A stretch of 63,270 nucleotides of DNA, filler included, from Rhabdomonas costata (Eukaryota): the NCBI GenBank assembly GCA_019059605.1. It is 54 parts of 54 records of this genome, joined end to end, with 100 filler letters (N's around TTAATTAATTAA, not from the genome) between each part and the next. Parts side by side here need not be neighbours in the genome. Positions count along the whole stretch, not along the records: positions 1 to 1,074 come from JAHMHO010029980.1; positions 1,175 to 2,248 come from JAHMHO010029981.1; positions 2,349 to 3,422 come from JAHMHO010029982.1; positions 3,523 to 4,596 come from JAHMHO010029983.1; positions 4,697 to 5,770 come from JAHMHO010029984.1; positions 5,871 to 6,944 come from JAHMHO010029985.1; positions 7,045 to 8,118 come from JAHMHO010029986.1; positions 8,219 to 9,292 come from JAHMHO010029987.1; 46 more parts are not named here. One strand, given 5' to 3'. Each line of letters starts with the position of its first letter. Positions within the stretch are counted from its first letter, which is position 1. Shown piece by piece: positions 1 through 10,783 of the stretch. The notes under the pieces were generated by a model. The model did no database searches and was not told where the DNA came from. It was given only the letters and a program-made list of their open reading frames with translations. The position numbers and the translations under genes were made by a program.

Positions 1-750
1 GTGGTTTGGGGGCAGGTCATTGAGCCCAACATCATCTCCAACTTCGCCCTGCGCGATTTTGGCTTTGATGTTGTGCGCAGCCTTTTCGGGTGCGTAAGCA
101 TTGTCACTTTTTCGCAATCTCATTTCTGATGATACGGAACCGATTGCATTCAAGAAAAGGTCCTCCTTCTCCATCCAAAATTATGTATGGATGCAGTATC
201 GGACTTTTCGTTCAGTTTTACCTACTTATTTCTGGAAGCGCTAGGATGGATCGGCGTTTCCTCTTAGCAACACTTTAATAGAACAAATCAGTTTTTAAAG
301 GGAATCAAGTATAAATTACCTCTATGGCCTGTGGCACGTGTCCGTGATGCATAGAAGTGAGGGGAATTCTGCGCCTTTTATTTTGCGCATTTTTTGGACG
401 ACAATCCTCATGCTGTGGACATCATTTCGAAACTATTTCTTCGCAGCTGAATGAACAGTTGCCAGGGAAATGGCTTGCTTTGTTCTTGTTTTGGTTTGTC
501 TCTCAGGGTTTCCATTGCCCTGACCATTCCCACAATATGCTTTGAGGTGGTGGAGCTGTGCGTGAGGGTCTTCCTTCCCGTCGGAGAGAGGCCGAGCTTT
601 ACGCAGCGGGTGGTAATGGCGGGAGGTATTCTGGGCGTGGCCGCCGTTGTGGCCATGGCGATGCCCAGCCTGACGGCCGTTCTGGGGCTTGTGGGCAGCA
701 CCACCACTTCCACCGTCTCCTTTGTGTTTCCACCCCTGTTCTACCTCAAG
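1..750 (+). CDS. Amino acid transporter (AAAP/Aa_trans family), exons 1-89 and 507-750, partial
   Basis: GT-AG intron 90-506 (GTGCGT...TCTCAG) joins in frame: EPNIISNF...VVRSLFG|VSIALTIPTICF...PSLTAVLGLVGSTTTSTVSFVFPPLFYLK; next donor GTATGC at 751. Confidence 0.85.
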
Positions 751-925
751 GTATGCACATTGAGGCAATTATGTCTGAAAGAAAAAAGAGTAATAGAATT
801 CTTGCATCCATGATTGTGCTCATACAGCTGTCATGTCGCGAGTGCAAACTTGCTTGGCTTATGACCCTACCCGTATGATTCGACCTTCCTGTTTTTTCGT
901 TGGGATTCAGAAGACGTTAGCGGAT

Positions 926-995
926 GCTTTGCTTTGCTTTGCTTTGCTTTGCTTTGCTTTGCTTTGCTTTGCTCTGCTTTGCTTTGCTTTGCTTT
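926..995 (+). repeat. (GCTTT)n microsatellite
   Basis: About 14 tandem units seen directly. Confidence 0.97.
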
Positions 996-1074
996 GCGTT
1001 CGTTGCGTTGCTTTGTTGGATGGCCCTTTTTGTTTTTGAATGATACATTCAAAAACAAAAAGGGCCCCAACAAA

Positions 1075-1174
1075 NNNNNNNNNNNNNNNNNNNNNNNNNN
1101 NNNNNNNNNNNNNNNNNNTTAATTAATTAANNNNNNNNNNNNNNNNNNNNNNNNNNNNNNNNNNNNNNNNNNNN
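1075..1174. other. Artificial contig linker (N44-TTAATTAATTAA-N44); first of 53 such linkers
   Basis: The same 100-nt spacer recurs about every 1.17 kb; TTAATTAATTAA gives stops in all six frames. Confidence 0.99.
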
Positions 1175-2210
1175 GTGTTGGGTGTGTGTGGTGGGTTGTG
1201 GGGTGGCCCTGCTGGTTGTGGTGCTGGTGCTTATGCTGGTGCTCAGCTCCCTGGGGGCCAAGCCCCGCGACCGAACCTCCGTAGTGATCAAGATTGCGGT
1301 GAACTACATGCAGGTATTGAGGTTTTTTTGTGGTCGATTTCTTTCCAGCTTTCCAGCTTTCGCCCGGACTCTACCTTTAGGTAAGACAATGGTGGAGCAA
1401 AGGGGAAGAAAAAGGGCAACAATTACATTGTACCTTCTTTGGGGGCGGGGTCTCGCATGTCAGCCCGGGCCACCTTTACTGGTAAGACCGCCAACGGTTG
1501 GCCTCCCCACCTGAGGCAATCGTGCCTCTCTCTTTCTCTCTCGTTTGTCAAAGTGTAAAGTGTGTCTGGTAAGGCGAGCGCTGAGCTCGCGGTGAACTAC
1601 CTGCAGGTATCGAGATATTTTTACTTTGGAAGATGTCTTTCCACTTTTTCTCGGACTCTACCTTTGCAACAAGGGGGTAAGCAAGGGGCAACAGTTGTTA
1701 CACGTTAACCTCAGCACGCATGACAAAACCCACAGTAGAAAGAATTCCTGAAAAGGCAATTTATTGTGCATAAATGTTTGGGTAAAAACTGCGCATATAC
1801 CGTGGACCTATATCAAAATATATTGATATAGGTCCACGGGTAGGTATATTGATATATCAAAATATATATCAAAATTGACTTCTCGGGTATGAAATTAACG
1901 ACACAGGTGCTATTTTATGGGCAAATTTTGCCTACCTAGTTTTTTTCTACCATTTTGAACTTAGTCCTCCGCAGCCCCTCGGGCGAACATTCCCTTCCAA
2001 TCACAAAGGTCGCGACAAAGATCTCCGAGCTGCTCGCGGCGGAATACATCCCGGGCTTCATCACCGGCATGTTCTCCGGCCAACAGTCCGTCAGCGAGCC
2101 CTACATTCAGGCCCTCTCCCTGGATTGCCTGCTAGGCTGGAGGTTTCAGTACCCGCAAGAGTTCCTGCTGTTCATCTCCGCCCCGGTGTGGATGACCCTG
2201 GTGGTGGGCA
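1175..2210 (+). CDS. Multi-pass membrane protein fragment (KI-x-VNY-x-Q...SLDC type), exons to 1313 and from 2009
   Basis: SVVIKIAVNYMQ|GTATTG donor at 1314; AAG acceptor at 2008; in-frame VATKISEL...QALSLDCLLGWRFQYPQEFLLFISAPVW with hydrophobic segments. Confidence 0.65.
1800..1839. repeat. 17-bp perfect inverted repeat in an intron
   Basis: CCGTGGACCTATATCAA / TTGATATAGGTCCACGG with a 6-nt loop. Confidence 0.9.
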
Positions 2211-2586
2211 TGAACAGCAGGAACTCTTGCGGGTACTGAAACCCCCACNNNNNNNNNNNNNNNNNNNNNNNNNNNNNNNNNNNNNNNNNNNNTTAATTAA
2301 TTAANNNNNNNNNNNNNNNNNNNNNNNNNNNNNNNNNNNNNNNNNNNNTGTGTTGTGTGGTGGGGGAGCGGATCCAATGCTGAACAACTGCCAGAGTACT
2401 CAACCTTGACGGGTGGGTAGCTGACCGGTGAAGCTGCAGAATTTTAATCCGGGCTGCGCCGCCCCTCAGATGTGTGAATGCGAGATAGGATGTGATGATC
2501 TGTCATCACTGCTGTTTTCCATATGCGTTTCTCTGCCTGATTATGCTATTTCTCTGACCCACTTAACCCCTCTACATTCTGCTTAG

Positions 2587-3287
2587 GAGTTTGCTGCTGG
2601 AGGAAGACCTGCCGCGCAGCCCGAGCTCCAAGGCCCCATGGCGTGTTCTGTGGGTTAGTCTGAACCCCAGCCCGGTCTACAGTGACACGGTTCGCAAAAA
2701 CGTATTGCAGATTCTTCAGGAGGAGGAGGAGAAGAAAAACAAAAAGAAGAAGATCCTGAAGGAGAATATCAAGGAAGAACCACAAGGAAAAGCCAAAAAA
2801 GATAAGATCAAGGAGGAGAGGGTCAAGGAGTCCTGCGAGTTTGTGATCGATGCCTGCGCCATGGATTTCCTGCCTGACTTTTGTAAAAAGGAGAACGGGC
2901 AGACCCTTTCGGAGTCGGAGTGGAAACTGAAGCTCACGAGCAGGATTCACGACAAACTGCGGTGCTACCTGCACTGGAGCTTGGACGGCGCAGTTCTTTC
3001 GAAGCATGTCACGCGCTCTGCACGCCGCGAGCTTTGCTCCCTGAGAGCTATTGTGGTGGAGGTCTGCCACATTCAGCAGAAGGAGTACTGGAAGCACTGC
3101 ATGGACATCTTGCATAACTTCGTGTGCTGTTTTGAGAAATCTGATCCGTTCCGAAATGCCCTGGATTTTGTAACTTTTGCCGGGGAGGGTTTACCCGTGG
3201 TCCAGTTCGAGACTGAAATGTTGAAGACCCTGCGCAAGAAGATTCTTACCGACTTGGAGCTGAAGGTGGTCGATTTCCAGGAGAAAG
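2587..3287 (+). CDS. Large exon of an unknown protein with a K/E-rich segment
   Basis: About 700 nt open frame with coding-like codons, bounded by TTAG acceptor and GTGCCT donor; no domain recognised. Confidence 0.65.
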
Positions 3288-3632
3288 GTGCCTTGTGACT
3301 CTGAACTGGATTTTCCCACTTTTTCCCACTTTTCTTGGGATCATAATAAACGTTTTTATTCGGATAATATCGTCGCTGCTGCGTTCTGATGAGGTGCGCA
3401 TCCGCGACCTTTCCCACCCCCCNNNNNNNNNNNNNNNNNNNNNNNNNNNNNNNNNNNNNNNNNNNNTTAATTAATTAANNNNNNNNNNNNNNNNNNNNNN
3501 NNNNNNNNNNNNNNNNNNNNNNGGACTGGAAAAAAGAGCATTTGAAACCAAATTTTTCATTGGGGTGGAAATGCAAATGAGCACAAATTTTGCAGGTTGC
3601 ACTTTTTTCCAGTCCCCTCTCCCAGAGCGCAC

Positions 3633-4347
3633 ACTTTCAATGGCAATGGTGAGGATACAGTGGGACCGGGAGGAGGTCGGGTTCATCGGCGTCTCGCAGG
3701 ATATCCTAAATGGAGAGAAGTCGGAAGTGGTCCGCAAACCTCTCAGCTGACAGTCCGGCAGTTTAACTTCAGAGGCACACACAGGACGTGTTCAGGAAAG
3801 CAATAGAAACGTCGACGACCTCATCATGTTTGACCGTGAGCTTCGGGACAAAAACATCTAACCTGTTCAGGTCCCCCAGAAACAGGAGGTTCAGCGCATC
3901 CTCCACGCTGTTTGCGACGTGCATCTCCAGTCCTGCACAGCAGCCCCCTTTCCCCACAGAACCATCACAACGCAAAATAACCCCCACAATTGTGCTACTA
4001 CTATGGGCAGTACCGAAATGAAAAAGTATGCCCTCTTCGTTGACAGTGAGAGTTTAATACAGAGACTCGATGGACCCATCAAGTGAATTCCCACCGTCAG
4101 AACTAAGCCGGTAGCCAGAACAGAGAGAGAGAGTTGTTCCGCTCCAGGTCACACTAAGAGCCTACCCACATCTTGTCTCGACAACCTAAGGGAAGAGAAG
4201 GAGGAATGGGATCCTGCCTCCATGCGTGTGTCTACACCAAGCGGCAGTGACCTTTGAGAATAGTTTCGTCGGCGTCTTCCATCACGGTCACCTTTGGAAG
4301 CTCTTCCAGGGAGCTGGAGTCCTTGCCACGGTTGAGGAGATCGCTCC
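3633..4347 (-). CDS. KIF6: Kinesin-9 family motor domain (KIF6-like), exons 4347-4252, 3932-3863, 3705-about 3633
   Basis: Spliced: SDLLNRGKDSSSLEELPKVTVMEDADETILK-GLEMHVANSVEDALNLLFLGDLNR-ISCETPMNPTSSRSHCILTI; switch-I SSRSH and the KIF6-typical ALNLLFLGD..R...ETPMN; GT-AG introns in phase. Confidence 0.9.
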
Positions 4348-4736
4348 CTGCGGTTGGATGCGGTTGGGGACTCAGAGTGAGGAAAGGAGCCAACAACAAC
4401 AACTGTCCCGACGCCAAACAAAAAGCGTGAAAACGGGATGAATCACTGAGGAATCTGAAAGACCATCCGGATGAGATAGAGAAAGGTTGAGGAGCAAGCA
4501 CTTGAAAGGAATATGCGTGGTAACCGAGCAGCACGTTCTCCCAGATATAACGATGATTACCAAAAGAAGTTAAAAAAGCAAGTAACACCTCGAAAGNNNN
4601 NNNNNNNNNNNNNNNNNNNNNNNNNNNNNNNNNNNNNNNNTTAATTAATTAANNNNNNNNNNNNNNNNNNNNNNNNNNNNNNNNNNNNNNNNNNNNGGTT
4701 TTTGGGGAAGCTGCTAAAAAAAATACAAGGACGCAC

Positions 4737-5277
4737 CTCGAGGTTTACCCGCCGAGCATCCGCCATGTAGCCCCCGACGGTCCCTGTGCTGACCTGCCAG
4801 TTCGGGTCCTGGAAGCTCGTCCAGCCGCCGCCGGGATCGGTGACGCCTCGGGAGAGAGTCCGGATCACCTCACTGCTGGCCTCCACTGCAAGAACCCGAA
4901 CGGCCTGCCCGCTGGGAGTAAAGTGCGAGAACATGTGCTGTCCTGCAATGGAGCTGGCCAGAAGGTATCCTGTGTTGATCTCCACCAGAAAGGCCACCGT
5001 GCCCTCGAACAGCGTGGATGAGATCTAAAATCCAAACAGAAGCGGTGGGAAAGGGCTCGCTGAAGGTTCCGTTTGCCTTTTCAAGGCAGTGGCAAAACAG
5101 GTACAGGTATAACTCCGCCTTTGAGATTTGAAGGGTACGACTGCCGGAGAAAACCCACGATCCTCTCCAAATGGAGTCATTCTTTGAACGACAAAACGGA
5201 GCCAGACTGCATTACTAACTACCTTTTCTTCCAATAGCAGGGCTAAAGCGGAAGTTGGGCGACAAGTGACTGTGGTC
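4737..5277 (-). CDS. Cache-like extracellular sensor domain fragment (exon 5024-4737, possible upstream exon 5277-5223)
   Basis: GTVAFLVEINTGYLLASS...RVLAVEASSEVIR resembles the dCache G..FIIE..G.LVASS...A.ES....IR pattern; TTTTAG acceptor, GTGCGT donor. Confidence 0.55.
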
Positions 5278-7199
5278 CTGGAGGGGGGGTCAGATCACGC
5301 ATTTGCAACAGTTCACGCAGATGGGCAGAAGGATTCCTCTGAAGGCACCTATGCGTTCTCGGAAATCGGCCAAAGAACGTGAAGAGAACATACGCAAGCC
5401 TATTTTGCTGACGTAGCGCTCTTGTGTCGTTTACTGTGCAGCTTTTTCACCACTTTTTGGCAGCTATAGTAGTAGATGGGCTAGTGTTTTGCACAATGTC
5501 ACGCTTATTTGGGCCATGAGGCGCAGGGAAGCGTTGGTTCTTTTTGCATTCTACGACGTTTTGTGTGTTGTTTCTGAAACCTTCTCACCTGGGAACCACA
5601 GTAATCATTTTGGCAATTCTTGTGATATAGCACACGCCATACTGAAAGAGCGATCAGGTAACACATCCCAGCCCGCCCAGTGAGCTCATCCACAGAACTT
5701 TCCGGTCAACCACCGACCTGCAGAGTCCGCCACAGACCTGTTTAAGGAAAGCATCGAAGTGGAACACTGTNNNNNNNNNNNNNNNNNNNNNNNNNNNNNN
5801 NNNNNNNNNNNNNNTTAATTAATTAANNNNNNNNNNNNNNNNNNNNNNNNNNNNNNNNNNNNNNNNNNNNTGTTTGGGGTTGGTGTGGCGCAGTGAGCGT
5901 GCATATCTCCTGTGCTTCAATTCGGTGGCATGTGTGGCAGTGAGCCGTTTCCCCTGGTGATTTTGGATTCTTTTCTACGGTTGCCTGCAAACAGAAACCG
6001 AACCCTTTCTATATATCTGTCTCGCAGGTTATCGCGACCTGTTGATGTTGTGCTTTTTGTAATCTTTCTTTTGTGAGTTGGCAACTGCCTTCTCGCAGCA
6101 ACCCTGAAAAGGCGTGTTGGGAAGTTAGAACTTTGGATGTGGTGTGGATGTTATGTGTGTGTGTGTGGAAAATAGAGGATTTACATGCGATCAGCATTGT
6201 CTTGTTAGGTTTTGTGAATGTGTGTGTCAATGGAAAAATTCTGCAAGAAAATGCTTGTGAGTTACTGGCCTCAATTCATGATAGTCTTCGCGGAACGGCT
6301 TTTCTTCTGTAGAAGTCGTTTTGATTTAGTGCCCACAATGACCAGGTGGCCTCATCACCACATTTTGCTGCTTGGTTGGAACCATTGTGGTCCGGAGTTT
6401 TTGCTGTGGCTGGTTTGTGTGCAGGGAGGCTGTGTGGGTTCCTTCTTCCATACAGGACAGTGGGTGAGGTTTCCGCAGCAGCAGCTGGTGCACCGGCGGG
6501 GGTGGTATCAGCTGGTTGACCACGCGTGGTTCCGTCTGTGCCAGCCCCTCGGGCAGCTCCTGTGTGTCCCTTAAAGCACACACCGTCACTTTCCGGGTAA
6601 ACCCTAGCACTTAGCAAGGCATCCGCAGCACTCGGGGACCTGCTGAGGTCGTTATCAGACGCGGTACCTTCCTGTAGTTGCATCCATTGTACAGAAGTCG
6701 GCACAGGCTTCGTTGGGGATCAAGCCGTGGACTGCCGATCATTAACACAGGGCCGTATCTCATGAACTACCTTGTGGTGGGAACTGGCACCACAAGGATA
6801 CTCTCCAAAGGAAATGAAAGCAAAGCGAATCAGATTCAAAGCCCAACCGATCCTGGGAGCAAGACTAAACGCCTCGGGCGAAGCGAAAGTTCGTTCTGGA
6901 AGTGCGGCCGCTCCCCATTTTCGAGCCGTACGACAAACCCACCCNNNNNNNNNNNNNNNNNNNNNNNNNNNNNNNNNNNNNNNNNNNNTTAATTAATTAA
7001 NNNNNNNNNNNNNNNNNNNNNNNNNNNNNNNNNNNNNNNNNNNNGTTTGTGTGGAGAAATCCTGAAGAAACCCGACCAGACCGACGGACCAGCTGGCGGA
7101 GAAGGACAAAGACGTATTGAAAAACCGTGCAGTGGTGGCTGGAAATGGAGCAAGTGCATTCCTGTCCAAAGGTTCGCGGAAACACGGCATCAAGACGCC

Positions 7200-7586
7200 T
7201 GAGCGCAAGCGTTGGGCCATAAAAACGGTCACCAGATCGACATGTGGAAAGTGTTCCAGTTCGAATTAACTATGCAGGTGGGAACCGCTGGGATTGTGGG
7301 AAATTCTCAGGTAAATGGCCAAATACCATGCAAAAGTCGCAAGATGGGTTGGGGTTACGACAAACCTGAAGTTTACCACGTCAGAGGCCAACACCACGTC
7401 GACGGGATCGGTGATCTGCTGCATCTCCGCCTGCACGCCCCAGGACAGGGCCACGGGCTTGCAGTTGGAGGACACCCCGTTGAGGGCGACATTGCGGCTC
7501 ATCAGCGGCAGCAGGTTGGGACGGTCCGACAGAAGAACCTTTGGACCCACCACCCCACTCTCCACAGCCAAAAGCCCCGACAGCAC
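7200..7586 (-). CDS. METTL21/EEF1AKMT-like SAM-dependent lysine methyltransferase fragment, possibly degenerate
   Basis: KVLLSDRPNLLPLMSRNVALNG...LSWG...VDVVLASDVV matches family motifs; no clean upstream acceptor, and the downstream part needs a frameshift. Confidence 0.65.
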
Positions 7587-10500
7587 AATAATAAATACAG
7601 AGGTCTAACCCATCTTAACTCCCCAGGAATTCCATTGCATTTTTGGGGCTCTTGAGATGCGTTGGGCGCATGGCGAGTTGGCTGTTGCCTGACAGGCTTG
7701 GTTACCACTATCGACTAACGGGCGCACGTGCAGTTATCAACGGTTGCTCGGTAGGTTCCTTCGGAGCGCTTGGTGCCGTGGGATACCAGCTCGTGGGACA
7801 TCGCCCGGTTCCACATACGATAACCCCCCTCGTGAATGCACGTAATCGATGGTCCCCGCCTGAGGAGAGATGGGACACGTCGGCGTTCGAGGGAGACATT
7901 TAAACTAGACACAGGAAGACGACACGTTGCGGCTTGCACCACATGTCACACTCGACGCCATGCGGAGGAGGAGGAGGAGGGTGGTGGAGGTGTTGTCGTC
8001 CCTACCCCTCTCTGCTTCACATCGTATCTTCAGTGAGACACCTTTGGAAGCGGGCAGGTGAACAGGAGGAATGGCACGAAGAAAAAGGGGTGAGTGGGTG
8101 GGAGAGAGGAGGGCCTCGNNNNNNNNNNNNNNNNNNNNNNNNNNNNNNNNNNNNNNNNNNNNTTAATTAATTAANNNNNNNNNNNNNNNNNNNNNNNNNN
8201 NNNNNNNNNNNNNNNNNNGGGGTGGTGTGTCAAGTCGGAAACGGGGACCAATACCGCATTTTTTGGGTCGAGGAACCAGCTTCGGTTCGACAATATTTCC
8301 CTTTGAATGGCACGTGCCCATCAGAGGAATGGACATAGACTAACGTGTAAGTGAACTGGGGTGGATCTATCGATGCTTTTCGCATGCAGGTCCAGCGTGT
8401 GTCGGCGAGGACTGCTGCACACCCGGTAGTTGCGAGCATCTCAGTAGCATGTTTTTGTTGTTGCATTTGTGTGCAAATGCTGACAGATTTGCGTCGGCAT
8501 AACAAAACATTTACCAATGGCGGCCATGCAGCTGCCAAGAGGGGCTGATCCTCAATATTTACTGGCACTGCCACGATGAGGTTTGGTTCGCTCTGGGAGT
8601 GTGGGGAGGTCCAACATCCACTGCTTAAAACCGTCCTCTTTCTGCCAGCCGAAAAATCACAGCCTGCAGAGCAGACAGCCAGTTTGAATTTGATGGGAGA
8701 GTTACATGCTCCCTATTTTACTTTTCCATTCGTGGACCGGCACTGCTGGGGATTCAACCCTCGATCCTTGATCCTTCCAGCACCCTATTTCACGCCTAAA
8801 CGCATCTCATTGTTTTACACCAAGCAGAGGGTATCTGAGGGATCTGGAGTGTGCTTTGGATTGAGGAGGAAGGTGAGTCTCTGTTTGCTGGAAGCCTTCG
8901 GAACCTTACGGATGGTTCGAGCATGCAATACGATTTCCATATTGGGGGTGCACAGCTGGCGGGAGAGCGGAAGTTGAGGGCATAACGCACGTCAAACGGT
9001 CTAACGGTTTTTCTCTGGTGGAGGCATTGAGGGCTGGAAAATATTCCCCAACTGCCCCTACTGCCAACAAACACGGCCGCATCCCCGGCAGAAGCCGTTG
9101 AGTCAAATTTTCGTCGCACCATTGTCGTGTTCCTGTTCTCTCCCTTTTTTCATTCCCTTCTTTCATTCCGCTCCAACCTGTGCCACAGCGGTCTCCTCCG
9201 CGGAGTACAAAATGCGCCGCTCCATTGCCACTTCAATCTTCTGCCGCAGTTGGTCTCCAACTTTGTGAGAAGTGCAATTTATACCACCCGAANNNNNNNN
9301 NNNNNNNNNNNNNNNNNNNNNNNNNNNNNNNNNNNNTTAATTAATTAANNNNNNNNNNNNNNNNNNNNNNNNNNNNNNNNNNNNNNNNNNNNGGGGGTGG
9401 GGAGGAGTTAGACGTCTAACATCCGTGCAACCCACGCCCCTTCTGTTGTTCCTTACCTCCTGAAAAGCTTCTGTTGCAATCCCAGGGGACACGTGTGTCT
9501 AACTTCTAACAGCTTTAGAGTTAGACGTCTAACGCCCATTAGGGGGCGCCCCCCCCCCAACTGGCATGCCCCTGAATGGGAGCTGTTTGAGCCTGCAGAT
9601 GCGGCTTTAGGGGCACGTTACCGTGCGCTTCTTTGATAGGAAAGGTGCCTCGGCCAAAATTCTTGGTCTGCAGCTTTAGACTTCTCCCGTTTGGAAAAGT
9701 GGTGGGAAATGGTTATGTAAAATATCGTATGTGTTCACATCCTTTCTTCACCTCGTACACGGAGAATGAATGCACGAAACTCGAAATGATACGGTGCCGT
9801 TTGCTCTGTCACCTTACAGCTTAACAGGTGCGTGGGGTTCTGCGCACTGTGCGCATCACCAAACCACAGAAATCCAACCATAAAAATCATATAAAATCCC
9901 AGAAAACACTTTGGAGAATGCCTGGATGTTGGTGGAAAGGGGAGCGAGCCCACGGACGGAACACCAACAACTGTTGAACATCGATCACTATTCAGATAGT
10001 GATAGTGTAGGGGTCACCAAACCGACGAAACCGAAAACACTCTAGAACTGAGAGGTTCTGTGGACAGTAAAACGGTGTAATTTTTGCGACTTGAATTCAA
10101 ATTATGATTTCGGAATGAAGAAAATGAAGGTTAACGTGACGGGACGCGTGCCTTCCAAGACTGCAGGGTAATGACAGGTTGATAGGGTGAAGGCCGTTCG
10201 GCGGCCCGGAGGAAGGCAGGGTAAGTGTCACTATGCTCGGCTTCGACCTTAGATTATTGCTGGAAACCGCTCACTCTCCAGCGGTATGTGTATCGCATTC
10301 CAGCAGGCTAGATCGTGGGGTTCGTCGCCAATCAGTTAGACCTGTCTATTTCCTGCCTTTCGGCTTTTTCGATCCCGATGCTTCCCCACCCAACCTAAGG
10401 TGGAATGTAGCGTGGACATACTTCCTGCGGGCCTTCTGCGGCTGCCGGAAGTATGTCCACACCACCNNNNNNNNNNNNNNNNNNNNNNNNNNNNNNNNNN

Positions 10501-10642
10501 NNNNNNNNNNTTAATTAATTAANNNNNNNNNNNNNNNNNNNNNNNNNNNNNNNNNNNNNNNNNNNNGTGTGGTTGTGCCTTAATCCGCAATGTGGGGGGA
10601 GGAGGGGCCACGCGCAGTGTGTGTTGGCTTTGCTCTTGTCAG

Positions 10643-10783
10643 CTGCCCTGTGAGGGCCCGTCAGATCCCCCGAAGAGGGAAAGCTCCTCGCTGGTCTTCG
10701 TAGAGCCCTTCCTGGTGCTCCTGGGGGGTTTCGATGGGTCCCGAGACTTGCCCGAGGTTTACCTATTTGACGTCGACCTGGAG
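10643..10783 (+). CDS. Kelch-repeat protein exon
   Basis: PPKRESSSLVFVEPFLVLLGGFDGSRDLPEVYLFD (kelch hhhGG motif); 141-nt exon bounded by AG and GT. Confidence 0.75.

Noticed and set aside
833-1122. LLCFA-repeat and poly-V/poly-L ORFs (also 16438-16818)
   Set aside because: Translations of (GCTTT)n and (GTT)n microsatellites.
7266-7270. In-frame TAA in the methyltransferase as evidence of stop-codon reassignment
   Set aside because: The dynein heavy chain ends at its conserved C-terminus with TAA (13347), so TAA is a stop.
8745-8770. tRNA T-arm-like motifs (also near 25440 and 26625)
   Set aside because: No cloverleaf, acceptor stem or A box could be built; at most SINE debris.
9481-9494. 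14-mer CCCAGGGGACACGT shared with 48873-48886
   Set aside because: Several 14-mer matches are expected by chance in this much sequence, and the flanks do not align.
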